Shown: positions 9,290 to 18,965 of the stretch, piece by piece
Position numbering within the stretch: position 1 is the stretch's first letter
Layout of the letters: every line of letters starts with the position of its first letter
Source of the DNA: Oligoflexia bacterium
GTDB taxonomy: Bacteria; Bdellovibrionota; UBA1018
Reading direction: 5' to 3'
Length of the DNA: 64,000 nucleotides
Assembly (NCBI GenBank): GCA_963758495.1
Contig: CAVWVI010000003.1
Location: 544,001-608,000, forward strand
The notes under the pieces: model-generated
The model's input: the letters and a program-made list of their open reading frames with translations, nothing else
Told to the model about the DNA's origin: nothing
The model's database searches: none
Translations under genes and position numbers: made by a program

Positions 9290-9996
9290 TCAACCACTCC
9301 GTCGTCAGAGGTGATTGAAAAATTACATCCAATTTCAAACTTTTTCGGCATCATCTCGCGTACCAGGTGACGAACTTTACACACTTCAGGACGATCAAAT
9401 TGAATAATCCCACTCTTCATCACAGGAGAGAAAAGGCGCTTATAGAGCTTATTTTCTCCGTTTTCATCAGGATAATCAAAACCGTGAAACATCAGACCAA
9501 ACCCGAGTTCATCCAAATCATCGTAATCACTCTTGCCGGTACCAAATTCACAAGGCTCCACATAAGCCTGACAGTCTCTTGTCCCCAGGTAAACGTCCAG
9601 GCTTCCACCTTTATCAAGCTTTCTTAAGGCAATCTGGTAGTGCTTACCATCGTTGCGATCTTTCTCCAATTCTGAACGAAAGAGATTCCATTCGAAGTGG
9701 GCTTGAACTTGGTATTCAACATCCGCCAAGAATGTATAAATAGATAACGAATTTCCCCCTCCATAGTTCAAAGGTTTAGTCCCTTTCGTTTGGGTTCGAA
9801 TTTTCTTCATCACGCGAACCTTATCAATGACCCAAATAAAAGTGGGTTTCCAATAGATAGATTTGGCTATGCCTTTTAAAGCTTCATAAGTAGGAATGTG
9901 GTAAGAGCACTTCTCTCCCCCAATTTTTGTCAAAGGATCTGTAAAAAGAGCATGAGGACCCCAAACTTTGAATTCAATACAATTTTTCGGTTTCAT
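9286..9996 (-). CDS. cas5: Cas5 (type I-C, Cas5d)
   Basis: ALFTDPLTKIGGEKCSYHIPTYEALKGI..SIYWKP; YLGTRDC. ATG at 9996 is preferred over TTG 10008. Confidence 0.96.
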   Translation of the reverse strand: MKPKNCIEFKVWGPHALFTDPLTKIGGEKCSYHIPTYEALKGIAKSIYWKPTFIWVIDKVRVMKKIRTQTKGTKPLNYGGGNSLSIYTFLADVEYQVQAHFEWNLFRSELEKDRNDGKHYQIALRKLDKGGSLDVYLGTRDCQAYVEPCEFGTGKSDYDDLDELGFGLMFHGFDYPDENGENKLYKRLFSPVMKSGIIQFDRPEVCKVRHLVREMMPKKFEIGCNFSITSDDGVVE

Positions 9997-10016
9997 AGGG
10001 TATTCCAAAGTCTACT

Positions 10017-12500
10017 TTAACAATTTATAAAACTCATTGAGTTGACCATTTCGAGACTAATGCCGAAATCATCACTATAGTACTGTTTATCCAAGTAATA
10101 GATACCTGTGCTTTTTTGAATTTCCTGCATAGCACCCTCCTGAGAAAATTTCAAAATTAAATTTGGATACAGATTTACAGTATAGCGCTGAGCTTTTCTA
10201 AGAAGCTCAAATTGTTTTTCTACTTGAAAGGCACCGCATAGTTCAGTTACAAGGGCTTCGCCTTCTTTGCCATACGGTACAATAACTCCTTGTGTGGAGA
10301 TATCCATGGCTTTGAATTCCTTTCCCGCAGACATGAAGGAATGTCTTAAAAAGATCGCAGGCGCACAGTCCTTTGTTCTCTTATGTTCTGAAACAGAAAT
10401 CGAATTTTCTCCCAATAAATTCAAGAGTCGATCGGAACGTCCGATATAACCTGAACTTTGATCTCCAATTGGGTAATCCATCTCTCCTCTTCGATCAAAA
10501 AAATTATACTGATAGTATCGTTGCATTGCACTTGGACTAAGAAGACTATTACCTAGTAGAGATGGGCTGCTCTCAAATTCACGTAAGATGCGATCAGTAT
10601 GCTTTTGTCCTGTAGAGATATCTTCAAGCGATTTAATATTCTCTTGAGCGGCGTTTACTACATAAACTCTGCCCACTTTTATTCGACCGTTTCGGTTACA
10701 GCGCCCAGCAGCTTGGGCTATGGAATCCAATCCTGCGCTACAGCGAATCACAGAATTAAAATCTAAATCCACCCCTGCTTCAATCAATTGTGTACTAATA
10801 CATAACACTGGATCTCCCCTTTCCAGCATTGCACGAATCTGATTCAGAATAACCAACCGGTGAGCTGGGCACATCGCTGTACTGAGATGAAAGACAGGAA
10901 ACATCGAAGGCGCTTTGCAGAGCTGAAAAAGGGCTTGCGCCATCTGTTTTGTATTTACAATGACAAGGCAACTATTCGCCTGGGAAATCTGATCCAAGGC
11001 CAATTTCGCAATTTCTTCATTGGTCCAACCTATAGACCTAGTGTAATTAAGAACTTCCACCCGTTTGAGGTCATCAAAAAGACTCCGGACATCTGACATT
11101 ATTTCGTTGCGATCGTCATATTTCATCATCCCTTTTGTGGGTTCAACTTGATTTAGAAGTGGTTGCGTCGCGGTACATAGTACAACCGTGCTCCCACATT
11201 GCTCCACGAGAAAATTCACGGCATTGTTAAACAAATGAATGCAGCGAATGGGCAGAGTCTGAATTTCATCAAAGATAATCAACGAATTGGCCAATTGATG
11301 TAGGCGTCGAGCCCCACGGGTACCACCACTAAATAGAGACTCGAGCAATTGAACGCTCGTGGTATAAATCACTGGAGCATCCCAGTTTTCAGTGAGGATC
11401 TTGGCCTTCCAGGTCTGCTCTTCGGGAGTCAGATTAGAATGATGTTCCAAAACAATCAAACTAGGTTCAACGTTGTCGGATGTTGGGTCCAAAATGTTAC
11501 GAACAGTTTCGGCATTTTGATCAATGATAGTGGTAAAAGGTATAACAAAAATGATGCGGTCAAGATGATGTTTTTTTGCGTGATGCAAGCCAAAGCGGAG
11601 GCTAGCAAGGGTTTTCCCTCCACCTGTAGGAACAGTCAGAGTAAAAATCCCTTTGCCCCTTTGAGCACTTTCGAAACAACCCTGTGAGATTTTTCGCCGA
11701 ATTTCATCAATTCTGTTTTGAATCGGAATATTCTCCAAATATTTTTCAAGTCGTTCAATCAAGAGATCCCACTGGGGATATGAGCCATTGTAGCACCTAA
11801 GTGCAGCCTTCGGATTTTCGAAGTCTGCACTATCAATTCGATCCCCGTCAATAAGACAACTGAAGAGAAAACGAACTAACAGACCTTCCTGAATTGCGCG
11901 GGTTTGGCGAGACTGGTTGTATTTTTGAATAGATGCAATGACCTTTTTTAAGGGAATTAATAAGTCTTCAGAGTCCAAAATACGCTGAACCTCTCGAAAT
12001 ATTTCTGGATCGGCTTTTTCAGTGACTTCTATTAAGTGCGTTTTTTTATCATCTTTCTGAATTCTGCGTTCCCAATTATTCTCTCCACTAGGCTTCAGAC
12101 AGTCAATAAGCCCAGAATGATGTGAGACAATACAGAGAGTGAGTATTTGCTCCAAAAATTTCTCGGCAGGGGTGTCTTTCCCCTTGAACTGCTGCCGTAT
12201 ATACTGAGCCCCAGCAGTGGAATGATCAATCTTGCCCTTCAGTCCTGAGGCATCAACATATTCCTCATCCTCATCAGGATTGAGTAAACCAACCGCAGAT
12301 TGGATATATGATTGGAATTCTTGACTGAATTTTCCAAGATCATGTAACAATCCAACCAGTGCGCCATAGTCGCCAAGGCCTATCTTGGCCCCGAATATCC
12401 GACTTTTTGCACTCACTCCTTGTAGGTGGCTAATGACAGATTGATTTGTCCCATCCTTGCGTGCATGCGCAATATAATTATCTTGGTTAGTCTTACTCAC
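10017..12500 (-). CDS. cas3: Cas3 HD nuclease-helicase
   Basis: HLQGV, LHDLGK, SHHSGL, IDGD HD motifs; VPTGGGKT, DEIQ, TATQP, QAAGRCNR helicase motifs. Confidence 0.98.
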   Translation of the reverse strand: MSKTNQDNYIAHARKDGTNQSVISHLQGVSAKSRIFGAKIGLGDYGALVGLLHDLGKFSQEFQSYIQSAVGLLNPDEDEEYVDASGLKGKIDHSTAGAQYIRQQFKGKDTPAEKFLEQILTLCIVSHHSGLIDCLKPSGENNWERRIQKDDKKTHLIEVTEKADPEIFREVQRILDSEDLLIPLKKVIASIQKYNQSRQTRAIQEGLLVRFLFSCLIDGDRIDSADFENPKAALRCYNGSYPQWDLLIERLEKYLENIPIQNRIDEIRRKISQGCFESAQRGKGIFTLTVPTGGGKTLASLRFGLHHAKKHHLDRIIFVIPFTTIIDQNAETVRNILDPTSDNVEPSLIVLEHHSNLTPEEQTWKAKILTENWDAPVIYTTSVQLLESLFSGGTRGARRLHQLANSLIIFDEIQTLPIRCIHLFNNAVNFLVEQCGSTVVLCTATQPLLNQVEPTKGMMKYDDRNEIMSDVRSLFDDLKRVEVLNYTRSIGWTNEEIAKLALDQISQANSCLVIVNTKQMAQALFQLCKAPSMFPVFHLSTAMCPAHRLVILNQIRAMLERGDPVLCISTQLIEAGVDLDFNSVIRCSAGLDSIAQAAGRCNRNGRIKVGRVYVVNAAQENIKSLEDISTGQKHTDRILREFESSPSLLGNSLLSPSAMQRYYQYNFFDRRGEMDYPIGDQSSGYIGRSDRLLNLLGENSISVSEHKRTKDCAPAIFLRHSFMSAGKEFKAMDISTQGVIVPYGKEGEALVTELCGAFQVEKQFELLRKAQRYTVNLYPNLILKFSQEGAMQEIQKSTGIYYLDKQYYSDDFGISLEMVNSMSFINC

Positions 12501-13101
12501 AGTAATTTACCCTCTCTTTTCAGTGATTTCAGAAGTGTCGCCATTACAATCAATGAGTCTGCCTTGTACTCTAATAACCTAATGACATAGCCGAAAAGCC
12601 GTTTCCGGCGATATGGGCCGTATCTGAGTAGATGAAGTTATTATTTTCTAGTGCTAGTCCGGCGATTACTGTCATATTGCTATCCTTATTCCAAGAATCA
12701 GGAAGATCCTGCATACAACAGTAGCGCTGATGCTCAAAACAAAAATATCTAAAGAAAGTTATCCGGAATATATGGTTTTCCAAAAATCCAGATCTCATAT
12801 TTTCCGGAAAGAAGTGCCATTACTGCGCAAGTGACTTGTCCGCGATCAGGATCGGTTGGCCATTATTCCTATGTGGGGTCAGGCATGATCGAAACTAGTA
12901 ACTCGGTTTTGCAAAGTCAGATCTAGTTTCTTACATTTTAAATTTCAACGTTTGATTGGCATTACCAGGACATGGCGCAAGAATTAATGGATCAAGGCGC
13001 CAGCAAATCGTTTTAACTTTAGACTTTTTTCTTGGGTGTTTGATGATTTTTTAGGAATGAAAAGGCAATACTCCTTTGCATAGAAGAGGCCAAAACGGTG
13101 A

Positions 13102-13197
13102 ACAATCCAACACATGCTCATGATCAGCCTGCCGATAAGGCTGGAACTTAGGGCATAGGTAACAAAAAAAGGGGGATCCAAATGACAGAGTGATTTT
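13102..13197 (-). pseudogene. Fragment of a second copy of recombinase-2 (ginB-like) gene
   Basis: ~96-bp near-identical copy of 17490..17586, with a few substitutions and a 1-nt deletion. Confidence 0.85.
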
Positions 13198-13276
13198 ATC
13201 TTTTACGCATTCACCTGGAGCTTTAAAAGTAAAAAAGGGCTCTCAAATCTTTACGATGATAAAATAACAAATAGCC

Positions 13277-13306
13277 AAAAAAAAGGAGCCTTAAAAGGCT
13301 CCTTTT
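13277..13306. terminator. Bidirectional intrinsic terminator
   Basis: AAAAGGAGCC-TTAAAA-GGCTCCTTTT hairpin flanked by A/T tracts. Confidence 0.75.
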
Positions 13307-13765
13307 AATAAATAATACTTTACAAATCTTTATGATTTTCAATTATTGCATGTCAAAATGGTAGTTTATATAAAACAAACAAAAACTATTCTTAAGTATC
13401 GATAACTATTTGAAATAATATGTAATTTTAGTACATCTGTAAAATCTTTGTCTAAAAAATGGTAAGAAACTATGCCTCCTAAGAAGAATAGCCACTTTCA
13501 GTTGAATGATTTTCTCATTCAGTTTGTAAAGTTTGTGATTAACACTTTTAAACGCGCCGGATTGGTCCCTAACTTCACTCAGTTTGGCAACTTAGGAGCG
13601 ACTGACCGTGTTACCGTTGAGAAATCCCGAAAATATACAGCCAGATGTCTCTGTCGTTGCAAAGCCAGGTCGACAATACAATATCCTACCCCAAGCGAGA
13701 GGTCTGCCACCTCTCACACTCTCTGGCCCCATGTGCTGTTAAGCACATGGGCTTTTTTAAAAGCC

Positions 13766-14443
13766 CTATCCCTTCATAGCATCTAAATTGTCTTCAATGC
13801 TCTTGTCTGGCCTTGTCCGTAAGTAGAGATTTCCAGATCTTGAATGCGCAATCACTGCGTCCACTCTTCCTTGACGAGTCAGTGCAATACCCTGAATTTT
13901 TGAAATCCATCCCATCGTTTCAATCTGATAGGAAACGATCGTTTTCTTTTTGTTTCTTTGAACCCCAATAATTTTAAGTTTATCCGTGCATTCTTCGATT
14001 ACGCCCTTTTGCTGGCCCTCCATTTGTTCAATGGCCTTCCAGAGCATTTCAAATTCATTAGGACTGAAATCTTTGATTTTTTTGTCTCCCTTGACTCCAA
14101 TCTTCCCACGTAAAAATCGCACGTAATTCTCTGGATCATTACCATCTTCTTTTGGAGCATACACTTTTATCAATGCTTTAAGATCTTTCGTTCCATGCTC
14201 ATTTTTCAAGCAATCAAGATGTGCCTGATGGCCCGTTTTATAATCTGGGAATACCGCAAATCCCCCTGCTTTCCCAATAGCACCATTTCTTTTACTGACT
14301 TTCCCTACAACAAGATTGCCAGGATTATTATTTCTCCAGGTCCAATTGCCTTTTGAAAAACAAAACTTCCTGCCATCTTCAGATTCGTAAATTACAGAGT
14401 GCCTAGGTCCAGGACCTGCTTTAACAAATTTGGGTTCACTCAT
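13766..14443 (-). CDS. Lysozyme-like (RNNNPGN motif) domain fused to DUF3892-like C-terminal domain
   Basis: WRNNNPGNL...GFAVFPD...YAPKEDGNDPENY resembles phage/lysozyme-like hydrolases. The C-terminus YLRTRPDKSIEDNL is DUF3892-like. Confidence 0.6.
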   Translation of the reverse strand: MSEPKFVKAGPGPRHSVIYESEDGRKFCFSKGNWTWRNNNPGNLVVGKVSKRNGAIGKAGGFAVFPDYKTGHQAHLDCLKNEHGTKDLKALIKVYAPKEDGNDPENYVRFLRGKIGVKGDKKIKDFSPNEFEMLWKAIEQMEGQQKGVIEECTDKLKIIGVQRNKKKTIVSYQIETMGWISKIQGIALTRQGRVDAVIAHSRSGNLYLRTRPDKSIEDNLDAMKG

Positions 14444-14883
14444 GATTTAATTACTTCCAGTTGATCAACTGACATTAAAACTCTAGAATGATGATGCCCT
14501 GACCATCGATGAAAAAAATACCCTTTCAAGTGGACTTTAATTTTTTTCTTCATTGTTTCTCTAATTTTTTTTTCAAGTTTATGGTTTTCATAATCCCAAG
14601 TTAACTGGATGATCCTAACATTTCTTTCGGTTTCAGATTCTGCCGAAGGAGCATCATTTTTGGTCTCTTCAACATCAACTGGCTCTAAAAATCTTAGGTA
14701 CCAACCTTTTTCAATCCTATCTCCTTTGGCAATACTTTCATATTCTGGAGGACCAGGAAACGTTTGTTGCTCGATTATTCCCGTTACCTCAACAATTGCT
14801 GGCTCATAATGCATGACTGGATTTGCGCCAAAACTCAGATTGATATCCAATAACAAGCTTATAAATAATAATATAATTTTCAT
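14440..14883 (-). CDS. Exported DUF4431-like protein
   Basis: Signal peptide; YEPAIVEVTG..TFPGPPEYESIAKGD...IQL...GHHHSRVLM; ATGA overlap with the downstream gene. Confidence 0.65.
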   Translation of the reverse strand: MKIILLFISLLLDINLSFGANPVMHYEPAIVEVTGIIEQQTFPGPPEYESIAKGDRIEKGWYLRFLEPVDVEETKNDAPSAESETERNVRIIQLTWDYENHKLEKKIRETMKKKIKVHLKGYFFHRWSGHHHSRVLMSVDQLEVIKS

Positions 14884-14895
14884 ACAAGAACTGCC

Positions 14896-15372
14896 CTAAA
14901 TTCGGCCGCTGAATGGAATTTCTTTGTCAAACACCGTCAAAACTTTGTTTATTTCCTTATCTGAGGGTAATTCGACACCCTTTGGAGCAGCAGCATCTAC
15001 CTGATGAACCTGTATTCCTTTTTGCCGAATGTGAAACGCAATTCGTTGCCATCGTTGTCTCCAAAGGCATTCTCGACGTTTGTATTCAGCCACCTCAAGC
15101 TTGAGCCTCTCAACCTCACCCGCGAGTTCCTGATTTTCTTGAGTAGCTTCTTGTTGGCTTTTAATGGCCCCCCTGCCCAGAGACTTCTTAGCATAATCGT
15201 AAGCTGCTTTAATTTCTGACTTAGCTTGAAGTGACTGTCGACTGAACCCGAACCTCTCTCCAAGGGCTTCCCAGGTTAGTTTCGATCCAAATTGTCCGGC
15301 TGCCCAACGGTCGAGATCAGAAACAATGGTAGAAACATCAGATTTGGTCATTTTGCGAAATCGTTTAGTCAT
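14896..15372 (-). CDS. Small HTH/coiled-coil recombination accessory protein (GinD/TnpC-like)
   Basis: KLTWEALGERFGFSRQSL HTH-like segment plus coiled coil; fourth gene of the recombinase operon. Confidence 0.65.
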   Translation of the reverse strand: MTKRFRKMTKSDVSTIVSDLDRWAAGQFGSKLTWEALGERFGFSRQSLQAKSEIKAAYDYAKKSLGRGAIKSQQEATQENQELAGEVERLKLEVAEYKRRECLWRQRWQRIAFHIRQKGIQVHQVDAAAPKGVELPSDKEINKVLTVFDKEIPFSGRI

Positions 15373-17368
15373 GGATAGAGTCCTCCAGATACTGATAAGG
15401 GCTGAAGTCTGAGATCCCGTTATCGATCAACTGTTGGGAAAGTACTTTGAACTTCTTATCGTTGTGAGCAATCCAATCGACGCTCTTTTTCGGCTTGTCG
15501 GTTTTTGCCTGTTTCTCTGCGGTTTCTCTTGCAATCAAAGTCATCGCGTATTGGCGCTTGAGTTCTTCAATACGGCCATCATCGTTCTTGACCCACACAT
15601 AGTCTTTACAATCCGCAGAGCACTGAAGATGCCTCTCACAAGGAGTTTGGGCAAAATTATGCACGCACATTCCAGTGCCAACATCATGGACGGCATTAAT
15701 CCGTGCCTTTAAAAAAGCATCCTGCACCTGAGCTGGGACATATTTCAGTTGTTCCGCAACTTGCCCTTGAACGAGCCCTTTCTTAATATCTTCTCGCAAC
15801 ATCAAAGCCCGCTTTTCTCGGCTCGTATGCTGATAGGCTTTAGTGTCTCTTGGATTTTTCCGGCCGAACCACTCAGTTTGCAGAAGGTCAGTCAACCCGC
15901 CTTCATCGAGTAAGGTATTGAGGGTATGACGAAAATGATGAGTTGTAAAATCAGCCTCCATAGAATACTCCGTATACTCTTTGGCCAAAGTCTCAAAAGA
16001 TCTCAAAAAAGTAGTCATCATGGAATGCGTACAAAAGGTAGCAATCCAGCGTTTTTCACGTCCAGTTGTTGAGAAACCAACAAATTTCAAAAGAAGAAGA
16101 TCTTTAAGAAAATAGTGGCGACCGCACTGATCGACGTGAACAGGCGCAATGAATTGGGGCGAAAAATCCTTTTCACAGTAGGCCGTTATCCCCTCCTTTG
16201 TAAGAAAATACTGTGACCTCTTCACACCTGAAACCGATGATAAGACCTCTTTGCCAAGATAACCATTTTGGCTAAACCATCCAGCTGTACTAATCGCCTT
16301 TAAGGGGAGACCTACCGCTTCAAGCTGGTGCCTATTAAATTTTTGGTCATCAGAGACGTCTGCGAGAAAAGTCAAATCAGGGCCTTTTACTTTTTCCATG
16401 ATAGCCGCTGTCTGCCTTGCAGGTGCACAAATCTGATCTAGCTCTGTGATGACATCACGTACAATTCCCACAACCTTTGTCGGCAAGAATAGACGTCGCC
16501 GAGGAGTAAATGTATCCCCAGAGGAACGCTTCCGAGGGAAATACTCAATATAAAATCTACCTTCGTTATCACATTCAACCTTTTGATAAGGAAGTAAAGC
16601 TATCTCACTAAAACGCCGCCCCAAACAGGCCAGGAGAACCAACACTAATACGTAGAAACGATACTTATGATCATGAGGTACTCGTTGGTAAAGTTGTCCT
16701 AAAATCCGAAATACGGCAGGCTCCACCAATTTCGATGACTTTGTTTCTGATGCTTCTGGATCGTCAAGGCGTTTATGAGCCAAGCCGCCTACGTTTTCGG
16801 GACGCTTCATTCCTGTAAATCTGTATCCTAAGTGAGTCTTGCAGAGACGATTTGCGTCGCAGTACCCCGCAAATTCATGAACTGCTTTGTGTAAATTGTA
16901 GCCGACTCCATCGCTATAGTGTGATGTAATCAGTCGACACGCGTAATCAAGATGCTCAGGCGTGAGTTGAAAAAAACCCTGACTCTGCTCAGAGCCAGCG
17001 AAAGCCACGTACCCTATTGCTGTAATAAAAAATCTCTGGCTGGTTGCAGTTTGATTTCCACGATGAAAACGAAGAACAAAGAGTGCCTTCGCCACTTCAA
17101 GCCATACCCCCGTTAGCTCAGCCCCTCCCAATTTTGGTGCGAATTGAAAATTGAGCGTCGTCGCTTTGCAGTTTTTGCCCGTAATCTTGACTAAGCGCCC
17201 CCTTGCAATCGTCCATAAGGAAGATTCCCAATTCACATCTTCAAATCCTTCCAGTTTAAGCATCTTTGCTCTTTCACACAGGGAGCGAAAATTTTCCGAA
17301 CAGTCTTTCTCTAAACGGCTTATAAATTGGACGACGTTAGTTCTTCCACTAGTAATTGGCCTATCCAT
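15365..17368 (-). CDS. Tyrosine recombinase 3 (GinC-like)
   Basis: LGRRFSEI, HHFRHTLNT, FGRKNPRDTKAY, and Cys-rich C-terminus (GMCVHNFAQTPC...C..C). ATG 17368 overlaps the upstream stop. Confidence 0.85.
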   Translation of the reverse strand: MDRPITSGRTNVVQFISRLEKDCSENFRSLCERAKMLKLEGFEDVNWESSLWTIARGRLVKITGKNCKATTLNFQFAPKLGGAELTGVWLEVAKALFVLRFHRGNQTATSQRFFITAIGYVAFAGSEQSQGFFQLTPEHLDYACRLITSHYSDGVGYNLHKAVHEFAGYCDANRLCKTHLGYRFTGMKRPENVGGLAHKRLDDPEASETKSSKLVEPAVFRILGQLYQRVPHDHKYRFYVLVLVLLACLGRRFSEIALLPYQKVECDNEGRFYIEYFPRKRSSGDTFTPRRRLFLPTKVVGIVRDVITELDQICAPARQTAAIMEKVKGPDLTFLADVSDDQKFNRHQLEAVGLPLKAISTAGWFSQNGYLGKEVLSSVSGVKRSQYFLTKEGITAYCEKDFSPQFIAPVHVDQCGRHYFLKDLLLLKFVGFSTTGREKRWIATFCTHSMMTTFLRSFETLAKEYTEYSMEADFTTHHFRHTLNTLLDEGGLTDLLQTEWFGRKNPRDTKAYQHTSREKRALMLREDIKKGLVQGQVAEQLKYVPAQVQDAFLKARINAVHDVGTGMCVHNFAQTPCERHLQCSADCKDYVWVKNDDGRIEELKRQYAMTLIARETAEKQAKTDKPKKSVDWIAHNDKKFKVLSQQLIDNGISDFSPYQYLEDSIHD

Positions 17369-18965
17369 GAACAACCCCCTCCTTACATTGTTCAATGACT
17401 TGAGCGACTGCTAGAATCACTTCATCCAATTGAATCCCCAAACGTCCCTGCTCGTATTTTTCTAACCTTTCCTTTCGGCCCATCAGGAGACAATCCAAAA
17501 CATGCTCATGATCAGCCTGCCGATACGGCTGGAACTTAGGGCATAGGTAACAAGAAAAAGGGGGATCTAAATGACAGAGTGATTTTTCACCGCAGATCCC
17601 GATATCAGTTTGATCTAAGGGATTTACTTCGCTCACAAACGCCAAGTGCTTGTCGTCTCGCTCTCCGTTGATGGCTTCGTGCTGGCTTTCAATTACTATC
17701 CCTCGGAATAATTGGAGGTATTTTGAAAAACCTTTCGCCATTGCTTTGTCCAAATGCTCAACAATGGTTCCGGCAAGTTCAAAATAGACTTGTACGTGCT
17801 GTGTGTCAGTATGGTCTAAAATCCGAGCCAACTCAGCTCTACTGATACCTTCCGCTGCAAGACCTGTCGCGAGAGTGTATCTCAAGCGACGAGTGCAGAT
17901 TTGGAGCAGCTCGCCTGTTAATGGTGAAATAATTTTATGACGGCGAACGAACCCAACTATTAGACGGGTAATATCAAAACTGGTCATATTGAAAATATCA
18001 CCAAAAGAACCAGCAGCAAGTGCAGAACGGTTTTTCTCAATATTGATAAAGATTGGTTTTTCTACTTCAATTGTATTCCCCTCATGTATGGCAACGGTAG
18101 AAATACTTTTGTTTGCTTCAATAAGTTCAAGCACATAATCTGCAAATTGGGGCTCTAAATATTCATCTAACAAGTCATCCCGAGGGTTGAGGCCACGCTT
18201 CTTAATTCGTGGCATGCGGATCACATAACAAGGCGGTTGCCCATCGAGAGCTAAATTCATCAAATCTGAAGCCTTAAGATAGGTCAAATTCGCTGGATTG
18301 CGACCCAATGCTATTGAAAGAGCAAGCGCCGCCTTTTGTTGCAAATGGGAAAGTTTGGAACTTTTATCCTGCCGAAGAGCGTCTAGAAGTAGAGGGAGTT
18401 CCAATGACCGATGAAGTGGGCCCTTATCTTTATCTTCTAAACGAACAGCCTCCCCTTTTGGATTTCCAGGAATAACCATTCCTTCAAGTTCCATTGCATA
18501 TGCTGGACAAAATCCTAGTTCGGGATAATTCTCTGCACACCAAAGATACCACTGTATTGGACGATATAAGGCCCATAAGCGGTGCTTTGAACGAGCTTGC
18601 GAAATGGAGTCCTCTACCAATCTTATAAGACTATTTTTTAGGACTTCGGTATCGAGAGAGTTCGATAGTTGATATCTTCCTTGAGCCTTTAGAAATTCAA
18701 ACCAAATCCCTCTATAGGCAATGAACCCAGCATGGGTTGAAGTAAATTGAATTCTATCTTGCACATACCTTTTTGCGCTCCACCGAAGGAAGGAGTTTTG
18801 AATATCAGAAAATACGACTGAGCCATTTGTCTCCGTGGGGCATGGCAGGTGCCATGTATCGGAGACACTATCAACTACGAGACCTTCCCTCGTTATGATC
18901 GTAGTAGGCAATTCAGCCCAGCCATTTCCGGTAATGAGTTGATTTAAGGTTTGATGAGCACTCAT
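17361..18965 (-). CDS. Tyrosine recombinase 2 (GinB-like)
   Basis: LGRNPANL, RRLRYTLAT, LDHTDTQHVQVY, and C-terminal GICG...C..PPFSCYLCPKF. Confidence 0.88.
   Translation of the reverse strand: MSAHQTLNQLITGNGWAELPTTIITREGLVVDSVSDTWHLPCPTETNGSVVFSDIQNSFLRWSAKRYVQDRIQFTSTHAGFIAYRGIWFEFLKAQGRYQLSNSLDTEVLKNSLIRLVEDSISQARSKHRLWALYRPIQWYLWCAENYPELGFCPAYAMELEGMVIPGNPKGEAVRLEDKDKGPLHRSLELPLLLDALRQDKSSKLSHLQQKAALALSIALGRNPANLTYLKASDLMNLALDGQPPCYVIRMPRIKKRGLNPRDDLLDEYLEPQFADYVLELIEANKSISTVAIHEGNTIEVEKPIFINIEKNRSALAAGSFGDIFNMTSFDITRLIVGFVRRHKIISPLTGELLQICTRRLRYTLATGLAAEGISRAELARILDHTDTQHVQVYFELAGTIVEHLDKAMAKGFSKYLQLFRGIVIESQHEAINGERDDKHLAFVSEVNPLDQTDIGICGEKSLCHLDPPFSCYLCPKFQPYRQADHEHVLDCLLMGRKERLEKYEQGRLGIQLDEVILAVAQVIEQCKEGVVHG

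Noticed and set aside
12571..12798. 75-aa ORF upstream of cas3 as a regulator or anti-CRISPR
   Set aside because: No recognisable motif or RBS; it lies in degraded DNA.
12984..13181. 65-aa ORF
   Set aside because: It is largely an out-of-frame reading of the recombinase-2 relic.
13472..13786. 104-aa plus-strand ORF
   Set aside because: No family motif; it overlaps the element end and the cargo gene stop.
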